A stretch of 32,000 nt of DNA from Candidatus Poseidoniaceae archaeon (GCA_943789275.1 CALSTM010000003.1:150001-182000); one strand, 5' to 3'; numbered from the stretch's first letter, positions 6,831 through 16,133 are shown. Notes: a model not told the origin generated them from the sequence alone. Program-made: numbers and translations.

Positions 6831-7751
6831 TCAGCGGAAATCTTCACTCATCGGCACATACCGTTTGGGGACGGCAAAGGTCAATATGAAAGCTACAATT
6901 CCAAAACAGCATGCTGCGTAATAATGCCCCATGCCGAAGAACGAGATGCCAGCGGCAGTCCGGAGCACGGCTATTGAACCGGACTTCATGGCCCATACGG
7001 TAAATCCAGTTCCAATGAGGGCCAACCCCATGAAAGCAAATCCAATGGTGACATAGATGCTTGCTGCACCAGGGTCCATCAGCGGATGGTCCATTTGCCC
7101 ATCGGTCAAGTCAATGTATCGGATTTCACATTCTTCAGCACCGTTTGAACACGGTTCTTGAGCGAATTTCTCTTGAGAAGGAATTGTAAAATCAATGGTC
7201 GTAAATCCGATCGGTTCAATCATCGCAGGTGGCGAGAAGAGAACGCGATTGGAGTACACGTCGCGGAAACCGTCTCGTTCAACAAGGATATCGACCCTAG
7301 CAAGCCCAGGGTCAAGACGTTCAAAATTGAAATATCCATTGGAATCGGTTTGCATTTCGGACGAATTCCAGATTCCATTATCGTCCCAAGAGATGTACAG
7401 TGTAGCGTTTTCGAGGGTTTGGCCCTCATCATCGTAAACAACACCGCGGAATGTAGCCGTTTCTTCTGGAGCGGTAAGTGAGAGGCGGTATACAAACTCA
7501 TCCGGCCGAACAAGACCCGAGTTTGGAGAGGCATAGTCCGCACCGTTAAGGAATCCAAGTAGACAGATGAACAGCAAGAATACACCTATGGCCTGGCCCA
7601 TTGGGTGCATGTTTGGGTCCGGTTTGGTGAGGATTGTGCTGGACGATGAAAACATCAAACTTTGAGTTGGTTCTGCTAAACCGGTCAACGCATCGATGTA
7701 ATCCGCACCGACCTCTTCATCGACAGAAACCGGTTCGTCTGCGTCGGCCAT
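6831..7751 (-). CDS. Membrane protein with an extracytoplasmic carboxypeptidase-regulatory-like (Ig-like beta-sandwich) domain
   Basis: Acidic N-terminus, then TM IGVFLLFICLLGFL. The domain FRGVVYDDEGQTLENATLYISWDDNGIWNSSEMQTDSNGYFNFERLDPGLARVDILVERDGF fits the CarboxypepD_reg pattern. Three C-terminal hydrophobic helices follow. Confidence 0.65.
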   Translation of the reverse strand: MADADEPVSVDEEVGADYIDALTGLAEPTQSLMFSSSSTILTKPDPNMHPMGQAIGVFLLFICLLGFLNGADYASPNSGLVRPDEFVYRLSLTAPEETATFRGVVYDDEGQTLENATLYISWDDNGIWNSSEMQTDSNGYFNFERLDPGLARVDILVERDGFRDVYSNRVLFSPPAMIEPIGFTTIDFTIPSQEKFAQEPCSNGAEECEIRYIDLTDGQMDHPLMDPGAASIYVTIGFAFMGLALIGTGFTVWAMKSGSIAVLRTAAGISFFGMGHYYAACCFGIVAFILTFAVPKRYVPMSEDFR

Positions 7752-7771
7752 GAAGTTCGTAGGAAGCCGTC

Positions 7772-9202
7772 CTACTTCACTTCAATGCGGTGTTTGGAAT
7801 GGGCGAGTAATCGTGCAAGAGCATGTTCATGTATCCAGACCCTCATTTCAACAATGCCGTCAGCATGGTTGGTTCTTTTTGAGACAAGTCCCGATTCATA
7901 GACATCTGAAACAAGTCCTTCAACGGCCCGCCCACCTTCTGCTGGAACCGGGAGTAAGAGTAAATCCGTTGGAGGTCCGAACAAATGCCAGAGAATCGAG
8001 TCCTTCAGTTCCTGCATCCCTTTACCCGAATGCGCTGAGATGAGGATGGGGTCTGGAAGTCCAAGAGCAGCAACGGTGGCTACCGCTTCCTCTAATTGCG
8101 CTTCATTCGCCTGATCAATTTTAGTGAGGACCGTCAGAACATGATTGACTGCAGAGGTGTCTGAGGATTTCCATGGGAACTCTTCGTCGATTTCTTCTCC
8201 ATAAAATCGAGTGAATACTTCATTCCTTGACGTGAAAAGTTTCCGCTCCAATTCTTCTGGTTTATCACTCGCATCCGCTAAAATCAGCAACAGGTCGCTC
8301 TCTAACGCCTCAGCTAATGTCGCTCGAAACGCATCGAGGGTGGCACTCGGTAAATGGTCGATGAAACCGATGGTATCGGCGAGAAGAACCCGTGGACTCG
8401 CTTCCATGCGCCCAATCGTCGTTTCCAAGGTCGAGAAAAGTTTGTCTTTAACCAACACATCTTTGCCTGACAACGAGAGAAAGAGACTTGATTTCCCAGC
8501 ATTCGTATAGCCGGCAAGCCCGACGGTCATTGCACCGCCTCGAGAGCGTTGCTTTCTTCGTTCTGATTGGGCCACTGCATGCTTTTTCTGCCGCTTCCTT
8601 AGATGCACAAGTTCACGGTTGATATTGGCAATCGTCGCTTGCAGAGCAGTGATTCCACCTCCACCATAACCTGCTCTTTCACCGGTCGTTTGTTGATTGG
8701 CAAGTTCCCGAAGCACGGTACGGTCACTTTGCATTCTTGCAATGCGAACCTGTGTTCGTGCTTCAAGCGACGAAGCGTGAGATGTGAACAAAGACAGGAG
8801 CAATCGAACTCTGTCCCAGACTTCGATTTGTACCACCTCATTTACGCCAACCAGTTGACGCGGCGATGCGTTGGTATGCAGAAGGACGAGATCGACTCCC
8901 TGCCAAGGATGTGAACCGATGCGACTCGAAAGCTCATCTGCAACATCTTGAAGCCTGCCTTTGCCGAAGTATCCTCTGGGGTCGAGTTGGCCTGGCTGGT
9001 GCAAAGTTTCGACAATAGTGATGCCCATGGTTGCTACCAATGCCACGAATTCCGTTGTATCTTCATTGTCTCGAACCAACAATATTGCTTTGCGCCCTTC
9101 ATGATTCGTGCGTGCTTCTCCGAGTACAACACCGCCAGCACCAGCGAAGATTGGGTCACTTTCGTTCGCCTTCGCCATGGCACTGCGACGGGTCATCCTC
9201 AT
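7772..9202 (-). CDS. hflX: GTPase HflX
   Basis: The G1 motif GLAGYTNAGKSSLF, G3 DTIGFI and G4 LTKID are present, with an N-terminal HflX-type domain and a coiled linker (RTQVRIARMQSDRTVL ... NRELVHLRKRQ). The ATG at 9202 is preceded by GAGGTGG. Confidence 0.9.
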   Translation of the reverse strand: MRMTRRSAMAKANESDPIFAGAGGVVLGEARTNHEGRKAILLVRDNEDTTEFVALVATMGITIVETLHQPGQLDPRGYFGKGRLQDVADELSSRIGSHPWQGVDLVLLHTNASPRQLVGVNEVVQIEVWDRVRLLLSLFTSHASSLEARTQVRIARMQSDRTVLRELANQQTTGERAGYGGGGITALQATIANINRELVHLRKRQKKHAVAQSERRKQRSRGGAMTVGLAGYTNAGKSSLFLSLSGKDVLVKDKLFSTLETTIGRMEASPRVLLADTIGFIDHLPSATLDAFRATLAEALESDLLLILADASDKPEELERKLFTSRNEVFTRFYGEEIDEEFPWKSSDTSAVNHVLTVLTKIDQANEAQLEEAVATVAALGLPDPILISAHSGKGMQELKDSILWHLFGPPTDLLLLPVPAEGGRAVEGLVSDVYESGLVSKRTNHADGIVEMRVWIHEHALARLLAHSKHRIEVK

Positions 9203-9226
9203 AATAGCCCACCTCTACCATCGGAT

Positions 9227-9448
9227 ATGGGCGAATCGCATGAAGCGACTATTCAATGGACTGGAGCCGCACCGATGGCCCATCTTCTTCTTGCAGCAGC
9301 ACAGCGCCCCTATTGCGAATCTTTTTCACAGGAAACCGATGGAGAAATCCATGTTTCTGTCGTGATTCATCATTCGAATTTACAGCAACTGCGAGACATC
9401 GCTGACGCACTGCTGATTGATTTTGCTGAAATTGAAGAGAACAATTAG
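9227..9448 (+). CDS. Candidate small acidic protein (57-73 aa) filling the hflX-xth gap
   Basis: This is the only open frame in the 242-nt gap. ATGs lie at 9227 and 9275. The translation ends ...GEIHVSVVIHHSNLQQLRDIADALLIDFAEIEENN. The frame is continuous with an antisense-of-hflX ORF, so it may be fortuitous. Confidence 0.3.
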   Translation: MGESHEATIQWTGAAPMAHLLLAAAQRPYCESFSQETDGEIHVSVVIHHSNLQQLRDIADALLIDFAEIEENN

Positions 9449-10224
9449 AACCTCAAATCCAAAATGACCGGAGCATGGTCCGAGACATCGAGGCCACCTT
9501 GTCGTTCAATTCTAATGTTTGTGACCATAGAGTTCGCAGCCTCATTAAGCAGGAAATAATCAATTCGCCACCCGCGATTTAATGCTCGGGCCTGACCTCT
9601 ATTGGACCACCAGGAGTAAATTTTCTCACCCTCTCCAACATGGTTTCGAAACGCATCGTTCCAGCCTTCAGCAAGCAGTTGCGTAAACCATTCACGTTCT
9701 TGAGGCAAGAAACCGCTCGATTTGGCATTACCTTTTGGATTCCAAATGTCGTCTTCAGTGTGCGCGATATTAAGATCACCGCATACGATGACCGGGATAT
9801 CCATTTCCAGGTAAGGGGCAAGAAATATTTTCCATTCATCCATCCACGTTTCCTTGAACTCTTGACGCTCTTGTTTGTTGGAGCCGCTGGGCAGGTATGT
9901 GTTGATGCACGTGAATCCTTGATGCTCCGTGACGATTATTCGACCTTCTGTGTCCCCGGCATCAACCGAACCATTCATGCCGGTTTTTACCTGAAGAATT
10001 GGTCTTCGAGACAGCGTTGCAACACCGGAATATCCCTTTTTTTCGGCACAGTGCATGTGCACATCGTATCCTTCCGGCCACCCCCACCCTTTGGGTAATT
10101 GCTCAGGTAGGGCACGAACTTCTTGAAGCATAACGACATCAGCATCAAAGGATTCAAAGTATCCGTCTATTCCTTTTCGAATTGCTGCCCGGATACCGTT
10201 GACGTTCCATGATACGAATCGCAT
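9445..10224 (-). CDS. xth: Exodeoxyribonuclease III / AP endonuclease
   Basis: MRFVSWNVNGIRAAIRKG matches the canonical ExoIII N-terminus. Also present: DADVVMLQEVRA, NTYLPSG, CGDLNIAH and SDHAPVILDL. The ATG at 10224 is preferred to the TTG at 10260. Confidence 0.92.
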   Translation of the reverse strand: MRFVSWNVNGIRAAIRKGIDGYFESFDADVVMLQEVRALPEQLPKGWGWPEGYDVHMHCAEKKGYSGVATLSRRPILQVKTGMNGSVDAGDTEGRIIVTEHQGFTCINTYLPSGSNKQERQEFKETWMDEWKIFLAPYLEMDIPVIVCGDLNIAHTEDDIWNPKGNAKSSGFLPQEREWFTQLLAEGWNDAFRNHVGEGEKIYSWWSNRGQARALNRGWRIDYFLLNEAANSMVTNIRIERQGGLDVSDHAPVILDLRF

Positions 10225-10256
10225 GTTCTGTCCAAGAGTTGGCGGTGGATAAGTGT

Positions 10257-11393
10257 TCAACGCAGTGCTGATGAAATGGACCGCCCAGCAGTACGGCCAC
10301 TATCGACCGCAGCATCAGCAAGCAAATGTTTGCTTTCGACCCAGGAGCCGGCCAACAAAACACCATCATTGGCAAAAGCCCGTTGAGGGATGCGGTATTC
10401 ATTTGAATCTAAAATGGTGATTTTAGCTTGTTCGGAGTGTTGCACAACATGTTCTTTCCAACCAGATGCTCTTTGGTCCATGAAGTCAGTTAAAGCAGCC
10501 AACCGTTCATCTTCAGATGAGAATCGCGTTTCACCCGGGTCGGTCTCAAGCCCGCCTACAGCAACTGCAGACAAATGGCACCCTTCAAGTCCTAAACGCG
10601 GTTGAATGGCCCTGTAATCCAATATTGCGAACCGGTTATCAACATCCACTACCGCTTGGCGACCTGCCAGTGATTTTGAATCAAGACCCACTTCGATGAA
10701 ACTGGCCGTTGTTCTTTGCAACGGTGAGAAGACTTTCTTCGCCCTCTCTTCATCGACACTCCGAATCAATTTGCGGGCTGCAGCAGGCCCACAAGCAAGA
10801 ACAACGACATCGGTTTCGATTTCTCTGCCGTCAGCAAGGTGAACTTTACCTGTTTCAATTTTCTTCACGTGAAGTCCACATTCGATGAATACGCCCACTT
10901 CATCAAGCGCAGCAGCCATTCTTCCAACCATGCCCGACCACCCTTCGTTGGAGACAAGGAGTTTGCTTTTCTGCAGGGCAGCATATCGTTCTGATGCATG
11001 ATTTGGATTCCAGGAACTAAGAAATTGACATCCGCGAACGACCCGTTCGTCAGGTGCTGCGTCTTTGAGTATTTTTTTGGCGATAATGGAGGCCTTCACA
11101 TCATCAATCGGCCTGACGATGCCGTGCCCGAGAACTTCAACCCGATGAAGTTGAATGGGCGATGAAGCCAGTCTCACTCTGCTTAGTTTGCGAACAAGGT
11201 CATGAAACGGTCCCTTTTTCAAAAACAGATGAGGGCCAAACCCGAGGGGGAATTCATCAAAGTTTTGCGTTGTGCCTCGGCCACCAATTCTTTCAGAACG
11301 CTCCATGATGACAACATGGTGACCTGCAGTCGTTGCTTCCAAGGCGCATGCCAAGCCGGCAAGACCTGCGCCTACAACCACAACTCGCGCCAT
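10257..11393 (-). CDS. FAD/NAD(P)-dependent oxidoreductase (amine oxidase / phytoene desaturase-like superfamily)
   Basis: The N-terminal Rossmann dinucleotide motif ARVVVVGAGLAGLACALEATTAGHHVVIMERSERIGGR is present. Length and the C-terminal GSW...D motif region are typical of the family. The substrate is not inferable. Confidence 0.8.
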   Translation of the reverse strand: MARVVVVGAGLAGLACALEATTAGHHVVIMERSERIGGRGTTQNFDEFPLGFGPHLFLKKGPFHDLVRKLSRVRLASSPIQLHRVEVLGHGIVRPIDDVKASIIAKKILKDAAPDERVVRGCQFLSSWNPNHASERYAALQKSKLLVSNEGWSGMVGRMAAALDEVGVFIECGLHVKKIETGKVHLADGREIETDVVVLACGPAAARKLIRSVDEERAKKVFSPLQRTTASFIEVGLDSKSLAGRQAVVDVDNRFAILDYRAIQPRLGLEGCHLSAVAVGGLETDPGETRFSSEDERLAALTDFMDQRASGWKEHVVQHSEQAKITILDSNEYRIPQRAFANDGVLLAGSWVESKHLLADAAVDSGRTAGRSISSALR

Positions 11394-11495
11394 ATGCAAC
11401 GCTAAATGTTCTGCAACATCAAATCATTCTCTGAATCATTTGGGGCGGCATGTTCATGGTTGTTCGACCATACACGCAGAACTACAGGTGAGCAC

Positions 11496-12083
11496 ATGGA
11501 TGGTAAACCACTCGTAATCGATGTCGTTGACAATGGCGGGCAATGGACCCACAGAGAGTGGAGAATGCTTCGCTATCTCAAAGTAGATACGCAGATTATC
11601 GATAACACAACTCCGGTCGAAGACCTTCGCGAACTTGATGGAATCATTCTTTCAGGGGGCGCAGCACGTGTTGGCCTCACAGGGGAGTTAGGGAATTGTG
11701 GGGCTTATCTTGAGTTGGACATTCCAATTCTCGGTATTTGCGCAGGCCACCAATTCATGGCGCGGCATTACGGAGGGGATGCCCGTGAATCGCCAATTCC
11801 AGAATTTGGTGCAATGCAAATAGAACTCCAAAACGAGGGCGGAGAGATATTTGCCAATACCGCTGCAACACAAACCGTTTGGGAATCTCACAACGATGAA
11901 GTGCATGTCGTCCCTGAAGGCTTCTTTGTCACAGCAAAAAGCCCGTCATGCCAAGTTCAAGGCATGGAGAACGAGAAAGGAGACCGTTTTGGCCTTCAAT
12001 TTCATCCAGAAGTTAACGATTCTGAATTCGGTAAAGAAATGTTCGAAAATTTCGTAGAAGTGTGCCGTAAGAATCGAAAATAA
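11496..12083 (+). CDS. guaAA: GMP synthase (glutamine-hydrolysing) subunit A, stand-alone class-I glutamine amidotransferase
   Basis: A GATase triad context is present: PILGICAGHQFMA and LQFHPEV. The protein is about 195 aa with no ATP-pyrophosphatase domain attached. The ATG at 11496 is preceded by GGTGA. Confidence 0.85.
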   Translation: MDGKPLVIDVVDNGGQWTHREWRMLRYLKVDTQIIDNTTPVEDLRELDGIILSGGAARVGLTGELGNCGAYLELDIPILGICAGHQFMARHYGGDARESPIPEFGAMQIELQNEGGEIFANTAATQTVWESHNDEVHVVPEGFFVTAKSPSCQVQGMENEKGDRFGLQFHPEVNDSEFGKEMFENFVEVCRKNRK

Positions 12084-12155
12084 GCGCAAAATCATGGATT
12101 TTCCTTCTTTGAAGCAGGCAATACTTTCATATTCTCGTACAATTCGGGAAGAGGC

Positions 12156-15100
12156 ATGAACATTGCCCGCACACTGCCAAGCCTCCTCATGACAACACTT
12201 CTCTTAGCAGCACTTTTGCCGCTTGGAAGCGTTAGTGCAACTCCAACAGAGGAATCCGAGTTTTACTACGGTGTTGAATACGATTGGAGCAGTGTTGACA
12301 CTGACCTTGAGAACTTCACAGGTGTTGATGTCCCAGAAATTCTAAGCGAAATTATGGGCGCTGCGGACGATGCAGGATTCAACCTCGTCATCGGTCAATT
12401 GCAAACCGGTGCTTCCAACGTTTATGTCCACCATACCGAAGACATCACCCCTCAAACTATTCAAGACAACAACGGGAACGATGTTTCGGTTTGGAGCAGA
12501 ACCGATGACGTAACACTCCGCCACGGCATTCTTGCCGATACAATACTTCAAACCGATTGGACTGAAACGACCTTTGGTTCCGATACGACCAGTTTTGACA
12601 TTGATGTTGTTCAAACCTTGGAACAGTTTTTGACCGTCGATATGACCTATACAGAATACCTTGACGATTCGTACAACCTCATTGGAGCAGACATGGAATT
12701 CAGCATGGATGTCTCAGCCCTCGTCGGCCTCAACATTGATGTGTTGTTGGAAGGCGGCGGAGAGGAATTCCCTGTTGACTTTAACACAGAATTAGATTTG
12801 GGATACTCAATTACAGATTCCACCTCTGAATGGCGCCTCGGCTCACCGAATGCGATTTATGTCGATTTGTCTGCGGCTGATGACAATTATTACTGGGAAT
12901 GCGGCGAATCCGAGTGTGGCGACTTAACTGGCGATTATACCGGTGCAGTTGACTACTCTTTCTCAATAGATGGTATTCCAACTGAAGACTTCGGCCTCGA
13001 TGCGGGGGAGTTCGACCTTGAAATATCTGATTCTCTAACGGAATCGGGTAATTTTGACATGGAGATGTACGGGGAATTCGATTTTTCTAAGGGAGAAACA
13101 CTCACCGTTGACCTAGGTGATGGTGAAGGCCTAACCACTCAAGTCCAGAGTTGCGACACCTGCCCACCAGGAAACCCATTGATGTTCCTCATGATGGGCA
13201 ACGTCCTTGCAGGGTCTGGAGAGGCGTTTGCTGAACAAGTTGCTGAAGACATCGGTGAAGACATTACTGACAGCCTCGAATCGATTTTCGGCTCAGCAGA
13301 GCCTGAAGGCGACCTCATGCTCTATTCGTTCAGCGCCGAAGAAGCTGTAAACTATGAAGGTGATGAAGACAAATTAGCCTATGTTACAATGAACCAAGGC
13401 AACGACATCAATTGGGCCACAGTGATGGTCCAAGTATCTGTTGATGGTAACGCACCCGTTACGTGCTCAAACCCTGGAATGCCTGCGGATGGCGATTGCA
13501 GCCTTGTGGAATTCGGCAGCGTTGGCGACCAATACTGGTCTGTTGGCGATGGCGTCACTATCATGGATGATGCCGATATGTGCCCAGAAAATAATTACTG
13601 TTCAGTCGACATCACCGTCACTGATACTATGGAAGGTCAGATATTGTCATCGACCTGGACATCTGTAGAGGGTTTTACTCCCGCAAACGCTCCAGCAAAA
13701 CTCACCGGAGATCTTCATTTCTGGGGAGATAACATTACAGTTCAGACCGCTCTTTCAGGTAACACTTCAGTTTTACAAAGCGACGATTCTGCAATGTTTA
13801 CTTGCGACGATGGCTCTGAAATCGGTTTCACGTCAGTGAACGATGGGGAATCCTCTTGCAGTGACGGATCAGACGAAGCACCTACTGATGGTTCGACAAA
13901 GATGTTTACTTGCAACGATGGAAGCGAAGTAGAATGGACAACTCTCAACGACGGCTATGGCGATTGTCCAACATTGGAAGACGAAGGCGTTCTCAACCAC
14001 TATACTCTCCAGATGAATGTATTTGATGATGCAGGAACACCACTCTCATCGATTGAATCCACAATCTGTGACTCTTGGATGTGCGATTCAAACCTAGAGT
14101 GGGCCACTTCTTGGTCCGAAGACAGTGGCGTAGCCGTCCCCTCAACGTACGGAGAATCAACCATGTGCATGACCGCTTCAATCAGCGAAACAGGAGCCTC
14201 ATCTCCACTTGTAGAATTTTCTGAAATGTGCCATTCACAATGGATTGGTCCTGAATTAGGATATGCCGATGTGTGGGAAGACGAAGCAATGAGCCTTCGC
14301 TACGATATGTCCGTATACGACTGGTCGAGTGACGGAGGGGCGACATTAACCTACTCACTTATGGATCCGAATCAAAACCAACTTGATTCAGGAACGATGG
14401 TTATTGACGGGTCAGACAACTCATACTCGATGGAAGGCAACATTGACGTCCTTGAAGTGGGCGAATATTGCCTCATGACTGAACTTACCCAAGACGGGGC
14501 TTCAACCCCGTACCTTTCGGAAATGCATTGCACGATGGTTGAAGAATCAGACGATGAAGTCAGCGACCGTGTTGCGGCTGTTATCGAAGCCCTTGCAGAT
14601 TCTGGACTTGAGGATGTACTCGAGCAATTCGGTATGAACCTTGAAGATCGTCTTGAAGACGTTGAACCGTTCGAAGAATTCCCTTACGACGATGGCATGT
14701 GGGCTCCAATGTGGAGCAATGAACATGCTGCTATGGTCGGCGTTGGCGTTTACGTCATGAACGATGATGGCGCATACACCCTTGCTGGACCAGAAACTCA
14801 AGGCTACATGGACGATGCTCCAGCACAACTCAGCATCCACTACCTAACCGGAGCTGATGCGAACGCCGCAACCAACGGTATGGAAGAAGCGACTTCCATT
14901 GACGACATTGTCAATGTCGATGACCACGACCTCGGAGCAATCGAAGAAGATTTAATTGAAGCTGGAGTTGATGTCAGCAACCTTACTCTACCTGAAACAG
15001 ACACTCCGGCTGGAACAGATGGCGGCGATAACCCTACGCCACCAACTGCAGAAGAACTCGCAGAAGATTCCGGCTTGGATTTGCCTTTCTTATCCCCAAT

Positions 15101-15182
15101 CTCAATGATTGCGGTCATTGTTCTTGCAGGTGTCGTATCCGGTGGCCGCCGAGACAGCAACACCGACGAGAATGAAGAGTGA
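12156..15182 (+). CDS. Very large (1008 aa) highly acidic secreted surface protein with LDL-receptor-class-A-like modules and a C-terminal TM anchor
   Basis: Signal peptide MNIARTLPSLLMTTLLLAALLPLGSVSA. Extreme D/E/T/S content with many Cys pairs. A tandem FTC(D/N)DGSE...NDG...C module is present. The C-terminus is PISMIAVIVLAGVVSGGRRD. Confidence 0.85.
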   Translation: MNIARTLPSLLMTTLLLAALLPLGSVSATPTEESEFYYGVEYDWSSVDTDLENFTGVDVPEILSEIMGAADDAGFNLVIGQLQTGASNVYVHHTEDITPQTIQDNNGNDVSVWSRTDDVTLRHGILADTILQTDWTETTFGSDTTSFDIDVVQTLEQFLTVDMTYTEYLDDSYNLIGADMEFSMDVSALVGLNIDVLLEGGGEEFPVDFNTELDLGYSITDSTSEWRLGSPNAIYVDLSAADDNYYWECGESECGDLTGDYTGAVDYSFSIDGIPTEDFGLDAGEFDLEISDSLTESGNFDMEMYGEFDFSKGETLTVDLGDGEGLTTQVQSCDTCPPGNPLMFLMMGNVLAGSGEAFAEQVAEDIGEDITDSLESIFGSAEPEGDLMLYSFSAEEAVNYEGDEDKLAYVTMNQGNDINWATVMVQVSVDGNAPVTCSNPGMPADGDCSLVEFGSVGDQYWSVGDGVTIMDDADMCPENNYCSVDITVTDTMEGQILSSTWTSVEGFTPANAPAKLTGDLHFWGDNITVQTALSGNTSVLQSDDSAMFTCDDGSEIGFTSVNDGESSCSDGSDEAPTDGSTKMFTCNDGSEVEWTTLNDGYGDCPTLEDEGVLNHYTLQMNVFDDAGTPLSSIESTICDSWMCDSNLEWATSWSEDSGVAVPSTYGESTMCMTASISETGASSPLVEFSEMCHSQWIGPELGYADVWEDEAMSLRYDMSVYDWSSDGGATLTYSLMDPNQNQLDSGTMVIDGSDNSYSMEGNIDVLEVGEYCLMTELTQDGASTPYLSEMHCTMVEESDDEVSDRVAAVIEALADSGLEDVLEQFGMNLEDRLEDVEPFEEFPYDDGMWAPMWSNEHAAMVGVGVYVMNDDGAYTLAGPETQGYMDDAPAQLSIHYLTGADANAATNGMEEATSIDDIVNVDDHDLGAIEEDLIEAGVDVSNLTLPETDTPAGTDGGDNPTPPTAEELAEDSGLDLPFLSPISMIAVIVLAGVVSGGRRDSNTDENEE
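13794..13985 (+). repeat. Tandem duplication of a 28-36-aa Cys/Asp module (MFTCDDGSEIGFTSVNDGESSCSDGSDE / MFTCNDGSEVEWTTLNDGYGDCPTLEDE), LDL-receptor class A-like
   Basis: Both copies start with the near-identical atgtttacttgc(g/a)acgatgg, at 13794 and 13902. The CxDGSDE ending of copy 1 matches the LDLa calcium-cage signature. Confidence 0.7.
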
Positions 15183-15218
15183 TTGAAGCCTCAAGTACGA
15201 GTAGCGCGTGGGTAAAAC

Positions 15219-16133
15219 ATGGCCCTACGCCCTCCTCACAGCCGCTTCGGCGATGGCGTGCGGATTTTGGGGACGATCCTCATCGCTCTCCATTTGTTCT
15301 TATCCGCTTGGTTGGTGGTTCAGTTTGAAGGACAATACACCGAGGGACAACCGGCTCCTACCAAAATCAAAGCGTTAGTTGCTATCGATAAAGAGCAAAC
15401 GCTCATCGATGTAGAGATGGAGAATTCGACATCTTTTTTGTTGTATATGCTGTTTAGAGATTACGATGAACCTGTGAACGCTTCTCAACAAAATACAACT
15501 CAAGACAATTCAAGTGACGATTCGCCGATATCCGAGTCGAATGATGAAGGTGAAACCATTGAATGGCTCAAATACGGACGTAATGCGACTCTGTTTTCAT
15601 TGGTGTTCCTCTGCGTAATCGAATGCCTGATTGTAGCTGGAATTCGATTTAAAGCAGCGTTACGTACGATTGCACTTGCTTTTGCCGTTTCCTGTTTTCT
15701 CGTAATCATGCCGGCATCGTACGTTCTTGATTTAACGGGGTTCGATGGCGATGACCAAGAAGTTGATGAGGCGGAGGAAAACGGTGAAGACACTCTTGCA
15801 GATGAGACATTTGTTGTTCAAACCGAACAAGGCGCTTTGGCTCACCGTCAAAGCAATGTAGAACCGTCTCTCTTACCTACCGGAATTCGATTTGATTTGA
15901 TGTTCAGTGGCTATGACTTGGGATTGGTAGAGCCTGAAAATTATTCCTCAGTACGCAGTGAGCCGCCACAGGAGAACGAATCGGATGCCGACTCCTTTGT
16001 TGAATTCCAATCAACATTAGATCTGACATACGGTAAAAACATCCCTTACCTGTCTTTGATACCCTTGATGTGGATTTTATTACCATCCAAGCCGAGAGAT
16101 TCTGCGGTTACCTCTGGAGAAGAGGAAGAGTAA
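15219..16133 (+). CDS. Hypothetical acidic polytopic membrane protein (304 aa)
   Basis: Starts 36 nt after the 1008-aa gene. Hydrophobic segments are ILGTILIALHLFLSAWLVV, LFSLVFLCVIECLIVAGI, IALAFAVSCFLVIMPASYVL and a C-terminal LSLIPLMWILL. Acidic loops include DDQEVDEAEENGED. Confidence 0.65.
   Translation: MALRPPHSRFGDGVRILGTILIALHLFLSAWLVVQFEGQYTEGQPAPTKIKALVAIDKEQTLIDVEMENSTSFLLYMLFRDYDEPVNASQQNTTQDNSSDDSPISESNDEGETIEWLKYGRNATLFSLVFLCVIECLIVAGIRFKAALRTIALAFAVSCFLVIMPASYVLDLTGFDGDDQEVDEAEENGEDTLADETFVVQTEQGALAHRQSNVEPSLLPTGIRFDLMFSGYDLGLVEPENYSSVRSEPPQENESDADSFVEFQSTLDLTYGKNIPYLSLIPLMWILLPSKPRDSAVTSGEEEE

Noticed and set aside
8948-9226. The upstream part of the 166-aa + strand ORF 8948-9448.
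   Set aside because: This portion is antisense to the well-supported hflX N-terminal coding region. Only the part lying in the true intergenic gap (9227-9448) is kept as a low-confidence candidate.
11406-11495. A 30-codon N-terminal extension of the guaAA ORF (MFCNIKSFSESFGAACSWLFDHTRRTTGEH).
   Set aside because: GATase subunits start close to the first beta-strand (PLVIDVVDNGGQ). The ATG at 11496 has a GGTGA SD. The extension would leave only 12 nt for the divergent promoter region shared with the oxidoreductase gene.
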